Shown here piece by piece: positions 8,244 through 17,720 of a DNA stretch of 64,000 nt. The translations under genes were made by a program, and so were the position numbers. The DNA is from Myxococcales bacterium. Its GTDB lineage: Bacteria > Myxococcota_A > UBA9042. Each line of letters starts with the position of its first letter. The stretch's first letter is position 1. The DNA lies in NCBI GenBank assembly GCA_947491025.1, contig CANLIC010000002.1, positions 128,285 to 192,284 of the forward strand. Reading direction: 5' to 3'. The notes beneath the pieces were generated by a model. That model made no database searches and was not told the origin of the DNA. It saw only the letters and a program-made list of their open reading frames with translations.

Positions 8244-10079
8244 TCAGCCCGGGCGCTGCGCCGAGGCTGCCGTCCAGGCGGGCCGGCACAGGCGCTGTCC
8301 CGCCTCCAGCGAGGTCGCTTCGCGCAGCCAGCGCACATCGTCGAGCACCGCCGCGGCGAGGCACGCGTCCTGCCAGGCGCCCTGAAGGCGGCCTTGCGCG
8401 ATCCGCATCCGCAACGCCTGACGGAGCTTCCGGGCCACAGCGCTCGGCGTCTCGCCTGGCGGGGCTTCTGCGACGCAAGCTCCGAGCAAGGCCGTGATCT
8501 CCAGAGAGTCCGCGACGTCCGTGGCCCCTGCCGTTCGCATCTGTACGGCCCGTTCGCGCAGCGCCGCGACGTTGACGGGTGTCCGGCTCAACAGTGTGAC
8601 ACGGGCCCGCATGTCCTCGGCCGCGGCGATAGCGATGGGCTCCCCAAGCTGACCCCACAGCGCAACGGCTTCCGTCAGCAGCTCAGCGCCGAGATCGAGG
8701 GCGCCGACCCACGTCGCCACCCAGCCGGCGATGGCCGTCGCCGCCGCATCCTCCCGCGGGCCGAGCGCCTTGCCGTCGCCGTGTCGCAACGTCATCGCGC
8801 GGTCGAGGACGCCGCGTTCACCGGCGAGCACGCTCATCTCAAGCTGCGCGAGATCCATCGCGAACTGCTCGGTCGCCGTCCGTTCTTCCCCCAGCGCCGT
8901 CGCCTCGGCAAGCGCGACGCGGGCCTCGGCGAGAGACAGGCCGTGCAGGGCGATCCGGGTCCGCAACCATGCCGCGCGCCGCACCAATCGCGGTCCATGC
9001 GGCGCGACATCCACGGTTTCCAACATCGCGCGTACGCCCTTGACGTCGCCGCGGGCGGTCATGACTTCGGCCAGGGCGAGGTGGACCTCGGCAGCGCCGC
9101 GGGCGTCGCCAACCGCCTGCAGCAGCTTGTACGCCTGCTCCATGCGGCTCCGGCCGGCTTCCAGGTGCCCGAGCCGGCACTGGATCGATGCGGCGTTCAC
9201 GGCGCAGGCGATGGCGTTAGGCAAGGTGCCCGCGGCCTGAAACGCCGCCTCGGCGGCCTCGAAATGGGCGAGGGCCTCCTCAGCCGGACCGGACTCGGCC
9301 AGCATCAGACCAAAGCCCAGGCGGCCACCGCCGATCAGCTGCGGATCCTGGAGCTCGGCGCCGATCTCCAACGTCCGATCGAACATCGTCGTCGCGCGAT
9401 CGCGCTCGCCGAGGTCGCGCGCCGCGTGACCGGAATTGAGGGCCGCCAGCGCCGCCAGCCGCGGCTGTCCCTCGCGCTCAGCGGCGGCGAAGGCTTCCGC
9501 GAAGATGCGCGCGGCCTCGTCGAGCCGTGCGCGTTGTCGATAGAGATCACCGATGCAGATCAGTGCGTTGATGGCGCCCAGCGGACTCCCGGCGGCGAGG
9601 AAGCCCTGGTGCGCAGCCTCGTAGTCGTCGTGGGCCTGGTCGAGATCGCCAAAGCGCTGCCGAATGCGGCCGAGGTTGCCGCGCGCCATCGCCACGAGAT
9701 CGGCGCGGTGCGCCTGGCCAGCGGCCACGGCGGCGCGCTCGTGCTGATCGAGGGCACCGTGCAGATCGCCGAGGGTCTCAGCGATGCTGCCGAGCTCGGT
9801 GCGCGCGGTCGCTGCCCAACCGTGCATGGCGGCCGGCTCGGCTTCTTCTGCGATCCACTCGTAGAGCTCGCGGGCGCCACCGACGTCGCTGCGACGTGCC
9901 CTGGCGACGGCCGCCATCCGAGCTGCGGCGCAGGCGCTCTGCAGGTCGCCCGCGTCGACGAAGACGTCGCGCGCACGCTCGGCAAGCCGACCAGCGACGT
10001 CGAGCTGCTGGGCCTGCAGCCGCTCGCGCGCGCTGGCGAGCAGCGATCGCGCGAGCCGGGCGTCGCTCGATGTCGCCAT
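8244..10079 (-). CDS. TPR-like repeat protein
   Basis: 611 aa, Ala/Leu-rich, with repeated helical hairpins of the form A..G....A...Y..A. It is the last gene of a tightly packed minus-strand operon. Confidence 0.6.
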   Translation of the reverse strand: MATSSDARLARSLLASARERLQAQQLDVAGRLAERARDVFVDAGDLQSACAAARMAAVARARRSDVGGARELYEWIAEEAEPAAMHGWAATARTELGSIAETLGDLHGALDQHERAAVAAGQAHRADLVAMARGNLGRIRQRFGDLDQAHDDYEAAHQGFLAAGSPLGAINALICIGDLYRQRARLDEAARIFAEAFAAAEREGQPRLAALAALNSGHAARDLGERDRATTMFDRTLEIGAELQDPQLIGGGRLGFGLMLAESGPAEEALAHFEAAEAAFQAAGTLPNAIACAVNAASIQCRLGHLEAGRSRMEQAYKLLQAVGDARGAAEVHLALAEVMTARGDVKGVRAMLETVDVAPHGPRLVRRAAWLRTRIALHGLSLAEARVALAEATALGEERTATEQFAMDLAQLEMSVLAGERGVLDRAMTLRHGDGKALGPREDAAATAIAGWVATWVGALDLGAELLTEAVALWGQLGEPIAIAAAEDMRARVTLLSRTPVNVAALRERAVQMRTAGATDVADSLEITALLGACVAEAPPGETPSAVARKLRQALRMRIAQGRLQGAWQDACLAAAVLDDVRWLREATSLEAGQRLCRPAWTAASAQRPG

Positions 10080-10082
10080 CGG

Positions 10083-10898
10083 CTACACCATCACGCTGCC
10101 ACAGGAGATGTCGATGCCCTGCCCTGTGATCGGGTCGCCACCTGGGCCGATCAGGAATTGCACGTAGGCCGCCACCTCTTCGGGCTTGATCATGCGGCGC
10201 AGCGGCTGCATCGACAGCTGCTCGGCCTGGACCTGCTGCAGCGTCTTGCCGCTGAGCTGAGCGATGCGGGCCATGCCCTCATGGGCCATCTGGGTGTCGA
10301 CCCAGCCCGGGTTGAGGGCGTTGACCCGGATGCCGCGCGACGCCAGCTCATGCGCCATCGAGCGGACGATGCCGAGGATGGCGTGCTTGCTCGCCACGTA
10401 GGCAGACGAGCGCGGCACGCCGAAGCGTCCGAGCACCGAGCCGATGAAGATGACGCGGCCGTTGTTCGGCATGTGCAGCGTCGCGAGCTGGGCCAGGAAG
10501 TAGTTGCCGGTCAAGTTCACATCGATGACCTTCCGAAAGCGGGCGCGGCCCTGGGCGCTGACGTCGTCGATGGGCGTATCGGCGTTGATGCCGGAGTTGC
10601 AGATCAACACGTCCACCGGGCCGAAGCGGGACTCGGCCGCCACGATCGCCTGGTCGATGGAGGCCTCATCAGCGAGATCGAGCCGCACCGCCTGGCAGCG
10701 CTCCTGGCCAATGTCGATGGCGACGCCCAGGGTGCGGTTGTAGGAGCGTGCGCCGAGCGTCAAGCGATGCGTGCCTTCACCGAGCAGACGGGCGATGGCC
10801 TCGCCGATGCCGCGTGACGCGCCGGCGATGAAGATGTGCTTGGGCCTGTTCTGCAGGGCATCCAGGAGCTGGGACTGGGGCAACTTGACGGTGTGCAT
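10083..10898 (-). CDS. Short-chain dehydrogenase/reductase (SDR)
   Basis: IAGASRGIGEAIA (TGxxxGxG-type motif), NSGI and YVASKHAILG (YxxxK). Start set at the ATG at 10898 (MHTVKL), after GGAGGAGAG. Confidence 0.85.
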   Translation of the reverse strand: MHTVKLPQSQLLDALQNRPKHIFIAGASRGIGEAIARLLGEGTHRLTLGARSYNRTLGVAIDIGQERCQAVRLDLADEASIDQAIVAAESRFGPVDVLICNSGINADTPIDDVSAQGRARFRKVIDVNLTGNYFLAQLATLHMPNNGRVIFIGSVLGRFGVPRSSAYVASKHAILGIVRSMAHELASRGIRVNALNPGWVDTQMAHEGMARIAQLSGKTLQQVQAEQLSMQPLRRMIKPEEVAAYVQFLIGPGGDPITGQGIDISCGSVMV

Positions 10899-10912
10899 CG
10901 CTCTCTCCTCCC

Positions 10913-11191
10913 TCAGCGCGCAGGGGGCGCCGGAGTGACTGTTGCGGCCCGGCGCAATGCCTGCCCGCTCTCGCCGTAGACGCTCTGCCAGACGGCGACG
11001 GTGATGGTCCCGATGAGCCAAGCCGCCACCAGCCCATACAGGCCGTACAGCGTCACTCGAAACACCCGATACGCTGGGGGTTTATGCTCGACGCGCGTGG
11101 CACGCGCCCGCAACGCAGCGTCGCCGAGCGTCGCCTCGGCATCGGTCTCGGACTCAGGCGATGGCGGCGTCAACTCCACGGCTTCGCTCAT
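10913..11191 (-). CDS. Small single-pass membrane protein, hypothetical
   Basis: 92 aa with one hydrophobic helix (LYGLYGLVAAWLIGTITVAVW). Its ATG overlaps the upstream stop (ATGA at 11188-11191). Confidence 0.5.
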   Translation of the reverse strand: MSEAVELTPPSPESETDAEATLGDAALRARATRVEHKPPAYRVFRVTLYGLYGLVAAWLIGTITVAVWQSVYGESGQALRRAATVTPAPPAR

Positions 11192-14100
11192 TTGCCGTGG
11201 GCTCCGAGGGCGTCACGCAGGGCGCCGCCGCTCAGGGCCTGGTAGACGTCGCACACGGTCGGAATCGGCACGCCGCAGCGCTTCTCGCTGGCCAGGCAGA
11301 CGAAATCGAGCTGCAGGCTCTGGCAGGTGCCGCTGCCGGAGGCGAGCTTGCCGGTGGCCGGATCGCAGGCGGGCGAGCAGAAGGGCGGCGGGCCGAGTGG
11401 GGCGTTGTAGGCGCCGTCCCCGCCTCGGTCGAGCAAGATCGCGTTGGCGATGGCGTAGGGCCGCACCGGATAGAAGTCGGGGAAGCGCACGGGCGCCGGG
11501 AACACCGCGCTGACGAGCGGGATGTTCGAAAACGCCATCGATGCCACCCGCGGCAGCTGCAGCTCGCCGAAGGGCACGTCGAGGCTGATGGGCCGCATCC
11601 AATGCCGCTTGCCGCGGCCCATCGCGACCACGGCCACCCAGCTATCCCGGCCGGCGGGCGCGTCGAGCTCGAACGCGCCGTCGAAGTCGACGATCGCCTT
11701 CGGGTCGACGTCCAGCGTCTTGCGGGCCGCCACTTCGCCGTTCACGTAGACCTCGATGAGGTCGATGCCGTACCAAGAAGCGGTCTGGACGCGCACCCGC
11801 AGCTGCACTTTGCCGTCGCCGCCGACCGCCGCGACCTCGCCGGGGCCCTTGCCGCCGACGCTGGCCTCGATCAGCGGCCCATAGGAGGTCACCGCGTGGC
11901 CGGCGCGCAGGTTGCGGGCGATTGCCGCCGGGTCGATGGTCAGCGGCGTATCGCCTGCGCTGCGGATGTAGTTGCGCGGCGTACCCGGCTCCAGCGAGCC
12001 GTCGTGGCTGTCCGAGCCGCCGCTGGCGGTCTTGACCAGACCGTACTCGAGCATCCGCATCCAATCGGCGAGCGCGCCATTCCGCTCTCCGCAGGGGCGA
12101 TCGACGTCGCCGGGGGCGATGACGTTCTCGATCGGCTGGCTCAGCTTCTTCGGATCGAAGCGGCAGAGCTTGGTCAAATCCTCGAGCATCACGGCGGCTG
12201 CGGCGGCGTCGGCTCCTTCGGACTTTTGCCACTTGGCCTTCTCGTCCGGCGTGCGCTGCAGCTCGACCAGCCAGGCCTGCTGCTCCTCAGGACGCCGCAC
12301 CAGCATCGCGGTGTTCACCGCCACCGCCAGCGCCCGCCGATGCCGCATCTTGCAGGTGGCGATCGGCTCGCTGTCGCTGCAGTCGGCGAGGCGGCCGGCG
12401 ACGTCGAGCGGAAGAAACTCGGGCGTCTCCTGCAGCTCAGGCAGCGCCGCCAGCTCGGGGCAGGCAGTGGCCAGGGCGGCGCGGGCTTTCGCCGGGTCCG
12501 TGGTTGCCAAGGCGGCGTCGCGGCCGGCGTTGTCGATGCGGGTCAAGCAGCGCTCGTAGACGTGGATCTCGCGCACCGTCGGCGTGTGGATGAGGTCGAA
12601 GCGCTTGCCGTTGAGGACCTCCAGCGTGTCGAAGTCGCAGGTCGTGGTACGGAACACCGCGGTGTCGACCGCGCGGCCCTCTTCCTTCTCGTTGCCGTCG
12701 CGCATCCGCGTCAGCGTGTAGGGGTTGAGGTCGATCTGATCGGCCCAACCGAGGAAGCCGTCGCGGGGATGGGCGACGATGGTCGTCGCGCGATCGCTCG
12801 CCGCCTCGAATCCACTGCGCTCGAACGCCATCGCCTGCACGAGATCGTCGCTCGGCATGCAGTACCAGTCGACGGAGCCGTGGCTCGGCACATCCAGCTC
12901 TTTGTACTTGAAGGGGAATCCGATATAGTGACCGACATCCAGCGTCGAGACCTCCACGCCGATCACCGACTTCAGCCAGTCGTCGAGGCCGAGGGACCGG
13001 ATGATGGGGCCGAAGTCGGTGACCACGTCGTGATCGGTCGCCGCGGCGTAGTCGACACCTTCTGCGACGATGGTGCGCACGCGCTGGTCGAGCGCCATGC
13101 CGGAGTCGAAGCTGGGCCGCTGGTGGAGGTGGAAGTCGCTGCTGATCCACCCCTTGCTGTCCACCTCGTGCACCAGCGCCGCCGAGATGGGGAGCTGCTG
13201 CCCTTCGATCAGCGTGACGTCCTCAAGCCGAAACAGGCTGTACTCCGGGCCGTGGGAGGCGATGACCCGGTAGCGCCCCGGCGCCAGCGGCACGTCGGCC
13301 TCGCCGTCGGAAGCGAACGCGATGGCCTCGACGCCGCTGCCGATGCGACCCTGGCCCGCGAACACGCGGCGGTTGGCGTCGCCCTCGACGACCTCGCCAG
13401 TCGCGGACAGCGCCTGGACGGTGATCTTGGCCGGCAACGCCTGCCCACTGGCGTCGGTGATGCGCACCCGCAGCCGGGAAGGCGTCGGCAGCGTCAGCGC
13501 CACCACCTTGCGCTCGTCGGCGCCGACGTGAACCCGTACCGGCTTGCCAAAGACGATCGCCTGGGCATCGCGCGGAACCAGCAAGTAGTCGCCGACGGGC
13601 AACACGCTGGCGTAGTCGCCGTCCTCGATCTCGTCGACGCCCGGATCCGCGTCGATGGCCGAGACCACACCCGGCGAACCATCGATGGCGCGGTTGGCGG
13701 CGGCGACCTCATCGATCGTGGCGAATTCTCGGCTCGGATCGGGGTCGCGCATGACGAAGACGGTGGCGTTTTCGGCGCCACCATAGGTCTGGCCCCAGAG
13801 GACGACGCCCTCAATGCGCCCGGTCGCCATGCCGCGGTGGCCATACATCACCGACAGCACATCGGCGGCGTCGCCTCGACCCACAGTCAAAAAGCGCTCG
13901 TACTCGAAGACCCGCTGCCGATCGCAGCTCTCGTCATCGCTGGCGTCCTGCTTGCAGTTCAAGGTCGCAGCGACGAAGGGTGTCGCCGTGGACGTGAACA
14001 CCGGCACCCCCACCTTCGGGTCTGGATCCGACGCATTGCGCTTGATGGTGTAGTAGGCGTAGCTGACGTCGCCGCCCACCGCTGCCACGTAGTCGAAGAC

Positions 14101-15123
14101 GAAGGGCTTGGCGAAGGTGTCGCGACCATCGAACCAGGCCGTCCAGGTCGACTCCTCCTGATCGAAGCCAAAGTTCGGCACGAACTGCTTGTTGTGCTTG
14201 CCAAAGAACAAGAAGTCACCGCCGCCGATGCCGCCGCTGCGCTCGGTCTTCTTGGTGACGGGCAGCGAGTCGCCGAGGATGACGTCGATGACGCCCTCGT
14301 TGCCCCGGGTGACCGCCAACGGCACAACGTCGGAGCAGGTGCAGGTGTCGCAGCCGGCGGCGTCGCGCTGGCGGGCGAGGCAGGGACCCGGGCAATCCAG
14401 CTCCGGGCAGGCGCAGCGACCGACGATGTCGGCGGCCGCGGCCTTGGTGCAGGTCCTTCCAGCGGCGCAAGGCTTCTTGTCGGTGCAAGCGTCGCCCTCG
14501 GCAGGCGGATCCTTGAGGATGACCCGGGTCACCATGCGGACGAACTGCTCGCCAGGCCGCACGATGTAGTCGGTCTGGAAGCGCACGTCGGTCTTGACGT
14601 CCTTGAAGCCGATGGCGTTCAGCACCTCGAGGTTGTCGCGCAGCGCATACAAGCTGTGCAACATCGCGTAGCCATTGCCCTCGACCCGAATCGCCGCCTC
14701 GGCGCCGTCCTTGCCGTCACGGACCACCGAGATCTCGCTGCCCGTCGGCGCCGGAACCAGCAGGTTGGCGAGCGGAAAGACCTCGGCGAAGCGGTCGCGC
14801 CCGTGGCCCTCGGGGTATCTGCCGTCGCGCCGGCGGATGTCGAGGTCGACCAGGCTGCCGCCGAAGAGCCCAGGGCCCCAGGAGCGGCCGGTGTCGAGGA
14901 TCACCGCCCGCACCTTGTCGTTCTCGAGGACAAAGTCGCCGACGTCGCCATAGGCGACGGGGCCACCGACCAGCTCGCTGCGGCTGACAGCCCGCCGCGC
15001 CGAGAGCAGGTTCGGCTCTTCTTGCGCACAGCCCGAAGCCGCAACAGCGCCGAGCAGAAACGCGCCGAGCGCGGCCCAAGGGGAGGCCGCATCGCGACGA
15101 GCGAGAGCGGTTTGGCGCGACAT
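11188..15123 (-). CDS. Large lipoprotein with a PHP/CehA-McbA-type metallohydrolase domain
   Basis: Start set at the ATG at 15123 (MSRQTALARR...FLLGAVAASGC lipobox). SSDFHLHQRPSFDS and ASGGSDSHDG match the N- and C-terminal PHP metal-binding motifs. There is a Cys-rich insert: CTDKKPCAAGRTCT...CACPELDCPGPC...CDTCTC. Confidence 0.7.
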   Translation of the reverse strand: MSRQTALARRDAASPWAALGAFLLGAVAASGCAQEEPNLLSARRAVSRSELVGGPVAYGDVGDFVLENDKVRAVILDTGRSWGPGLFGGSLVDLDIRRRDGRYPEGHGRDRFAEVFPLANLLVPAPTGSEISVVRDGKDGAEAAIRVEGNGYAMLHSLYALRDNLEVLNAIGFKDVKTDVRFQTDYIVRPGEQFVRMVTRVILKDPPAEGDACTDKKPCAAGRTCTKAAAADIVGRCACPELDCPGPCLARQRDAAGCDTCTCSDVVPLAVTRGNEGVIDVILGDSLPVTKKTERSGGIGGGDFLFFGKHNKQFVPNFGFDQEESTWTAWFDGRDTFAKPFVFDYVAAVGGDVSYAYYTIKRNASDPDPKVGVPVFTSTATPFVAATLNCKQDASDDESCDRQRVFEYERFLTVGRGDAADVLSVMYGHRGMATGRIEGVVLWGQTYGGAENATVFVMRDPDPSREFATIDEVAAANRAIDGSPGVVSAIDADPGVDEIEDGDYASVLPVGDYLLVPRDAQAIVFGKPVRVHVGADERKVVALTLPTPSRLRVRITDASGQALPAKITVQALSATGEVVEGDANRRVFAGQGRIGSGVEAIAFASDGEADVPLAPGRYRVIASHGPEYSLFRLEDVTLIEGQQLPISAALVHEVDSKGWISSDFHLHQRPSFDSGMALDQRVRTIVAEGVDYAAATDHDVVTDFGPIIRSLGLDDWLKSVIGVEVSTLDVGHYIGFPFKYKELDVPSHGSVDWYCMPSDDLVQAMAFERSGFEAASDRATTIVAHPRDGFLGWADQIDLNPYTLTRMRDGNEKEEGRAVDTAVFRTTTCDFDTLEVLNGKRFDLIHTPTVREIHVYERCLTRIDNAGRDAALATTDPAKARAALATACPELAALPELQETPEFLPLDVAGRLADCSDSEPIATCKMRHRRALAVAVNTAMLVRRPEEQQAWLVELQRTPDEKAKWQKSEGADAAAAAVMLEDLTKLCRFDPKKLSQPIENVIAPGDVDRPCGERNGALADWMRMLEYGLVKTASGGSDSHDGSLEPGTPRNYIRSAGDTPLTIDPAAIARNLRAGHAVTSYGPLIEASVGGKGPGEVAAVGGDGKVQLRVRVQTASWYGIDLIEVYVNGEVAARKTLDVDPKAIVDFDGAFELDAPAGRDSWVAVVAMGRGKRHWMRPISLDVPFGELQLPRVASMAFSNIPLVSAVFPAPVRFPDFYPVRPYAIANAILLDRGGDGAYNAPLGPPPFCSPACDPATGKLASGSGTCQSLQLDFVCLASEKRCGVPIPTVCDVYQALSGGALRDALGAHGK

Positions 15124-15131
15124 CGGCGACC

Positions 15132-16694
15132 TCAGTAGCGCGCGGCGATCTTCGCCAGCAGCGTGTCGTTGTCGAAGACGGCGCCGTGCATCTCGCGGCG
15201 GTGGTCGTACTGCAGCTGAAAGCGCGCGCTGTTGCCGAGGAAGTGCCACGTCAGGGCCGCCGACAGCCACATCTCGTCGTCGCTGTTGTCGAGGCCCTTG
15301 TTCGGGTCGATGAGCTCCGTCCGCACCGCGACGCCGAAGCGGTGGTAGGTGTAGCCCACCTCGGCGCTGATGGCCTGCCGCTTGATGCTCTCGGGCAGCG
15401 TGCTGCCGGTGGTCGGCTGGTCAACCGGCTTGGCCTCATCGGCGATCCACTCGACCAGCAGGTGGGCGCCGGCCATTTTCACATGCAGATCCCCGGACAT
15501 CGCCATCACAAACGCGCTGCCGGAGTCGTTGACGTAGCTGCCGCCGCCGAGCGAGAGGCGCAGCGGACCGCCGTCGAGGTCGGCCACCGCATCGCCAACC
15601 GCGCCGAGCGGCTGCACCTGCAAGCGCAACGCGCCCGAGAGGCCGTGAAAGCGGTTGCCGCGCAGGCCAGCCGGGCTCTCGGCGCCCTGGTAGAAGGAGG
15701 ACTGGCGGTCGAAGCCGTTGTAGACGCCGGCGCGCCACGACAAGCCCGCGAGATCGTAGTCGCCGCCAATGGTAACGCCGACCTGCCGGAAGGGCGCCAT
15801 CGCGTCCGCGGCGCGAGCGCGCTCGGAGAGTCCGGCATCGGCCGAGCTCAAGATGGCCGAGTAAGAGAAGGGCACGGTCGCGACGCCGAACCACATCTTG
15901 GCGAAGCGGTAGCGATCGTAGCTGAGGAAGGCATCGGTCAACGCGCCGCCGGTGCCAGCCTGCGCGCCGGCCTGGGCCGCTGCGAGATCGGTCACCAGCA
16001 CGTAATGCAGGTTCGAGCTCAAGTCGCCGCGGGCGCCGAGTCGGGCGCGCGGAATGGCGAATCCCGGGCGCTCAGCCAGGTCGCCGCGAACGCGCTGGTT
16101 GTCATCGCCGGTCACCAGCGCCGCACGCAGCTCGATGCGGGCAACCGGGCGGAAGGTGGCTTCGCCGTTCCGACACACCGGAGCCTTCACCTGCCGCTGC
16201 CCACAACGGCGCCCGGCCTTCGAGCCGCCGCAGCAGCCCGCCGCCGCGCCGCTGCGATCGCCATGACCCTTGCAGTCAGCGCCTGCGCCGCCGCCCTCCT
16301 TGTCGCAACAGTCGCCGCCACCGCTGGCCTTGCCGCAGTCCGCCTTGTGCGCAGCGTCCTTGCCGCAGCAGTCCTTGCCGCCGCCGTGCTTGCCGCAATC
16401 GGCTTTGTCGCCGCCGTGCTTGCCGCAATCGGCTTTGTCGCAGCCGTGCTTGCCGCAGTCGGCGCCGCCGCTTGGCTTGCTACCGCAGCAGTCCCCAGCC
16501 TTCTGAGCAGCGGGCGCTCCAGCCTCGGCATGTGCCGCCGCCGGCGCGGGGTCGCTCGATGGCGGCGTAGGCGGCGCAGCCTCGTTGGCCGGCGCGGCGG
16601 ACGGCGCGGGTTCGTCAGCAGCGGCGGCCATCGGCAACACCGACAAGCACACCGCCGCCAAGACAGTGGTCCAAAGGGAAACTCGCATCGACAT
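15132..16694 (-). CDS. Outer-membrane porin (OprO/P-like beta-barrel) with a Cys/His-rich N-terminal extension
   Basis: Start set at the ATG at 16694 (MSMRVSLWTTVLAAVCLSVLPMAAAA signal), after GAGGAGG. About 105 aa of (D/K)ADCGKHGG-type repeats are followed by alternating beta-strand-like sequence ending ...LLAKIAARY with an aromatic C-terminus. Confidence 0.65.
   Translation of the reverse strand: MSMRVSLWTTVLAAVCLSVLPMAAAADEPAPSAAPANEAAPPTPPSSDPAPAAAHAEAGAPAAQKAGDCCGSKPSGGADCGKHGCDKADCGKHGGDKADCGKHGGGKDCCGKDAAHKADCGKASGGGDCCDKEGGGAGADCKGHGDRSGAAAGCCGGSKAGRRCGQRQVKAPVCRNGEATFRPVARIELRAALVTGDDNQRVRGDLAERPGFAIPRARLGARGDLSSNLHYVLVTDLAAAQAGAQAGTGGALTDAFLSYDRYRFAKMWFGVATVPFSYSAILSSADAGLSERARAADAMAPFRQVGVTIGGDYDLAGLSWRAGVYNGFDRQSSFYQGAESPAGLRGNRFHGLSGALRLQVQPLGAVGDAVADLDGGPLRLSLGGGSYVNDSGSAFVMAMSGDLHVKMAGAHLLVEWIADEAKPVDQPTTGSTLPESIKRQAISAEVGYTYHRFGVAVRTELIDPNKGLDNSDDEMWLSAALTWHFLGNSARFQLQYDHRREMHGAVFDNDTLLAKIAARY
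16381..16470. repeat. 30-bp tandem repeat (2 exact copies plus 1 degenerate) inside the porin Cys/His region
   Basis: ccgccgtgcttgccgcaatcggctttgtcg occurs at 16381 and 16411. A variant lies at 16441. It encodes DKADCGKHGG on the minus strand. Confidence 0.8.
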
Positions 16695-16967
16695 GGCTCG
16701 GCCTCCTCGCGCCGCGAGCCTACCAGCGTCAACGCCGCGGGGCCAGCGCCCAGCGCGCCAAGGACGGGCTTCGGCGCTTGGCGCAGGACGCATCAACACC
16801 CAGGTCGCTGAGGCCTCCGGCGCCGCCAAACCCCGACCATCGCGCCGCGCCACGCGGTGACTCCGCTCTGCAGGGCCGACGTCGACGCAAGTGACCACCC
16901 TGCCGGAAGCGCCCGCCCTGTGGCACGCTGCCGCCGCGCCGCCGCGGGCGCACCGCAAGGAGCCGCT

Positions 16968-17615
16968 ATGTCCAGGTCAGCCCAAGACCCCGCTGGCAAG
17001 GCCAGTGGCGCCAAGGCGGAGCGCATCGCGGCCCAGCTCGCCGAGCTCTACCCTTCGCCGCCCATCCCGCTCCACCACCACGATCCCTTCAGCCTCTTGT
17101 GCGCCGTCGCGCTCTCGGCCCAGACCACCGACAAGAAGGTGAATGAGGTCACTCCAGCCCTCTTCGCCGCCGCCCCCACGCCAGCGGCCATGGCGGCGCT
17201 CGGCGCCGACAGGATCTTGCCCTACATCCGGCAGCTCGGCCTCGCGCCGACCAAGGCCAGGCACCTCGCGGCGCTGTCTGCGCTGTTGGTCGAGCGCCAC
17301 CATGGCGAGGTGCCCGCCAACTTCGACGCGCTCGAGGCCCTGCCCGGCGTCGGTCACAAGACCGCGTCAGTCGTCATGTCGCAGGCCTTCGGAATCCCCG
17401 CCTTCGCGGTCGACACCCACATCCACAGGCTGGCGGCGCGCTGGGGCCTCTCGGACGGACACAGCGTCGAACGGAGCGAGGCGGACCTCAAGTCGCTGTT
17501 TCCGGAGGCGTCCTGGAACGCCCTTCACTTGCAGATCATCTACTTCGGGCGCGAACACTGCCCGGCCCGTCGCCACGATCCGTCGCTTTGCCCGATCTGC
17601 AGCTGGGCGGGCTAG
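16968..17615 (+). CDS. nth: Endonuclease III
   Basis: HhH-GPD motifs (LPGVGHKTASVVM, VDTHIHRLA) and a C-terminal Fe-S Cys cluster (CxxxxxxCxxC). Start set at the ATG at 16968, after AAGGAG. Confidence 0.9.
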   Translation: MSRSAQDPAGKASGAKAERIAAQLAELYPSPPIPLHHHDPFSLLCAVALSAQTTDKKVNEVTPALFAAAPTPAAMAALGADRILPYIRQLGLAPTKARHLAALSALLVERHHGEVPANFDALEALPGVGHKTASVVMSQAFGIPAFAVDTHIHRLAARWGLSDGHSVERSEADLKSLFPEASWNALHLQIIYFGREHCPARRHDPSLCPICSWAG

Positions 17616-17642
17616 CCGCTTTCGTGGAGTTTGGCAGCCCAT

Positions 17643-17669
17643 CGCTGCGATCTTGACGGATCGACAGCG
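17643..17669. terminator. Candidate hairpin between convergent nth and fibre gene A
   Basis: CGCTGCGATC-ttgacg-GATCGACAGCG forms a 10-bp stem with a one-base bulge. There is no U-tract, so this is weak. Confidence 0.3.
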
Positions 17670-17720
17670 GAGTGCGAGGTGAGTCGGGGCCCAACTCAGC
17701 GGGCGCGGCAAGGCTTCAGA

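Noticed and set aside
4913-8497. 1194-aa plus-strand ORF, the longest in this part of the track
   Set aside because: It is antisense to lon and the THUMP methyltransferase. Its translation is Arg/Ala/Gly/Leu-rich low complexity with no motifs. The opposite strand carries unmistakable Lon and NPPY motifs. This is a typical GC-rich shadow ORF.
8394-10817. 807-aa plus-strand ORF
   Set aside because: It is antisense to the TPR and SDR genes. It has no motifs, and its composition is that of a shadow ORF.
11161-15138. 1325-aa plus-strand ORF
   Set aside because: It is antisense to the PHP-domain lipoprotein gene, which has a lipobox, PHP motifs and a Shine-Dalgarno-preceded ATG. The plus-strand product is featureless and Arg/Gly/Ala/Asp-rich.
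16381-16470. Short tandem repeats (30 bp here, 36 bp at 1463-1600) considered as possible CRISPR arrays
   Set aside because: The units abut with no spacers and are in frame within coding sequence. No cas genes are present.
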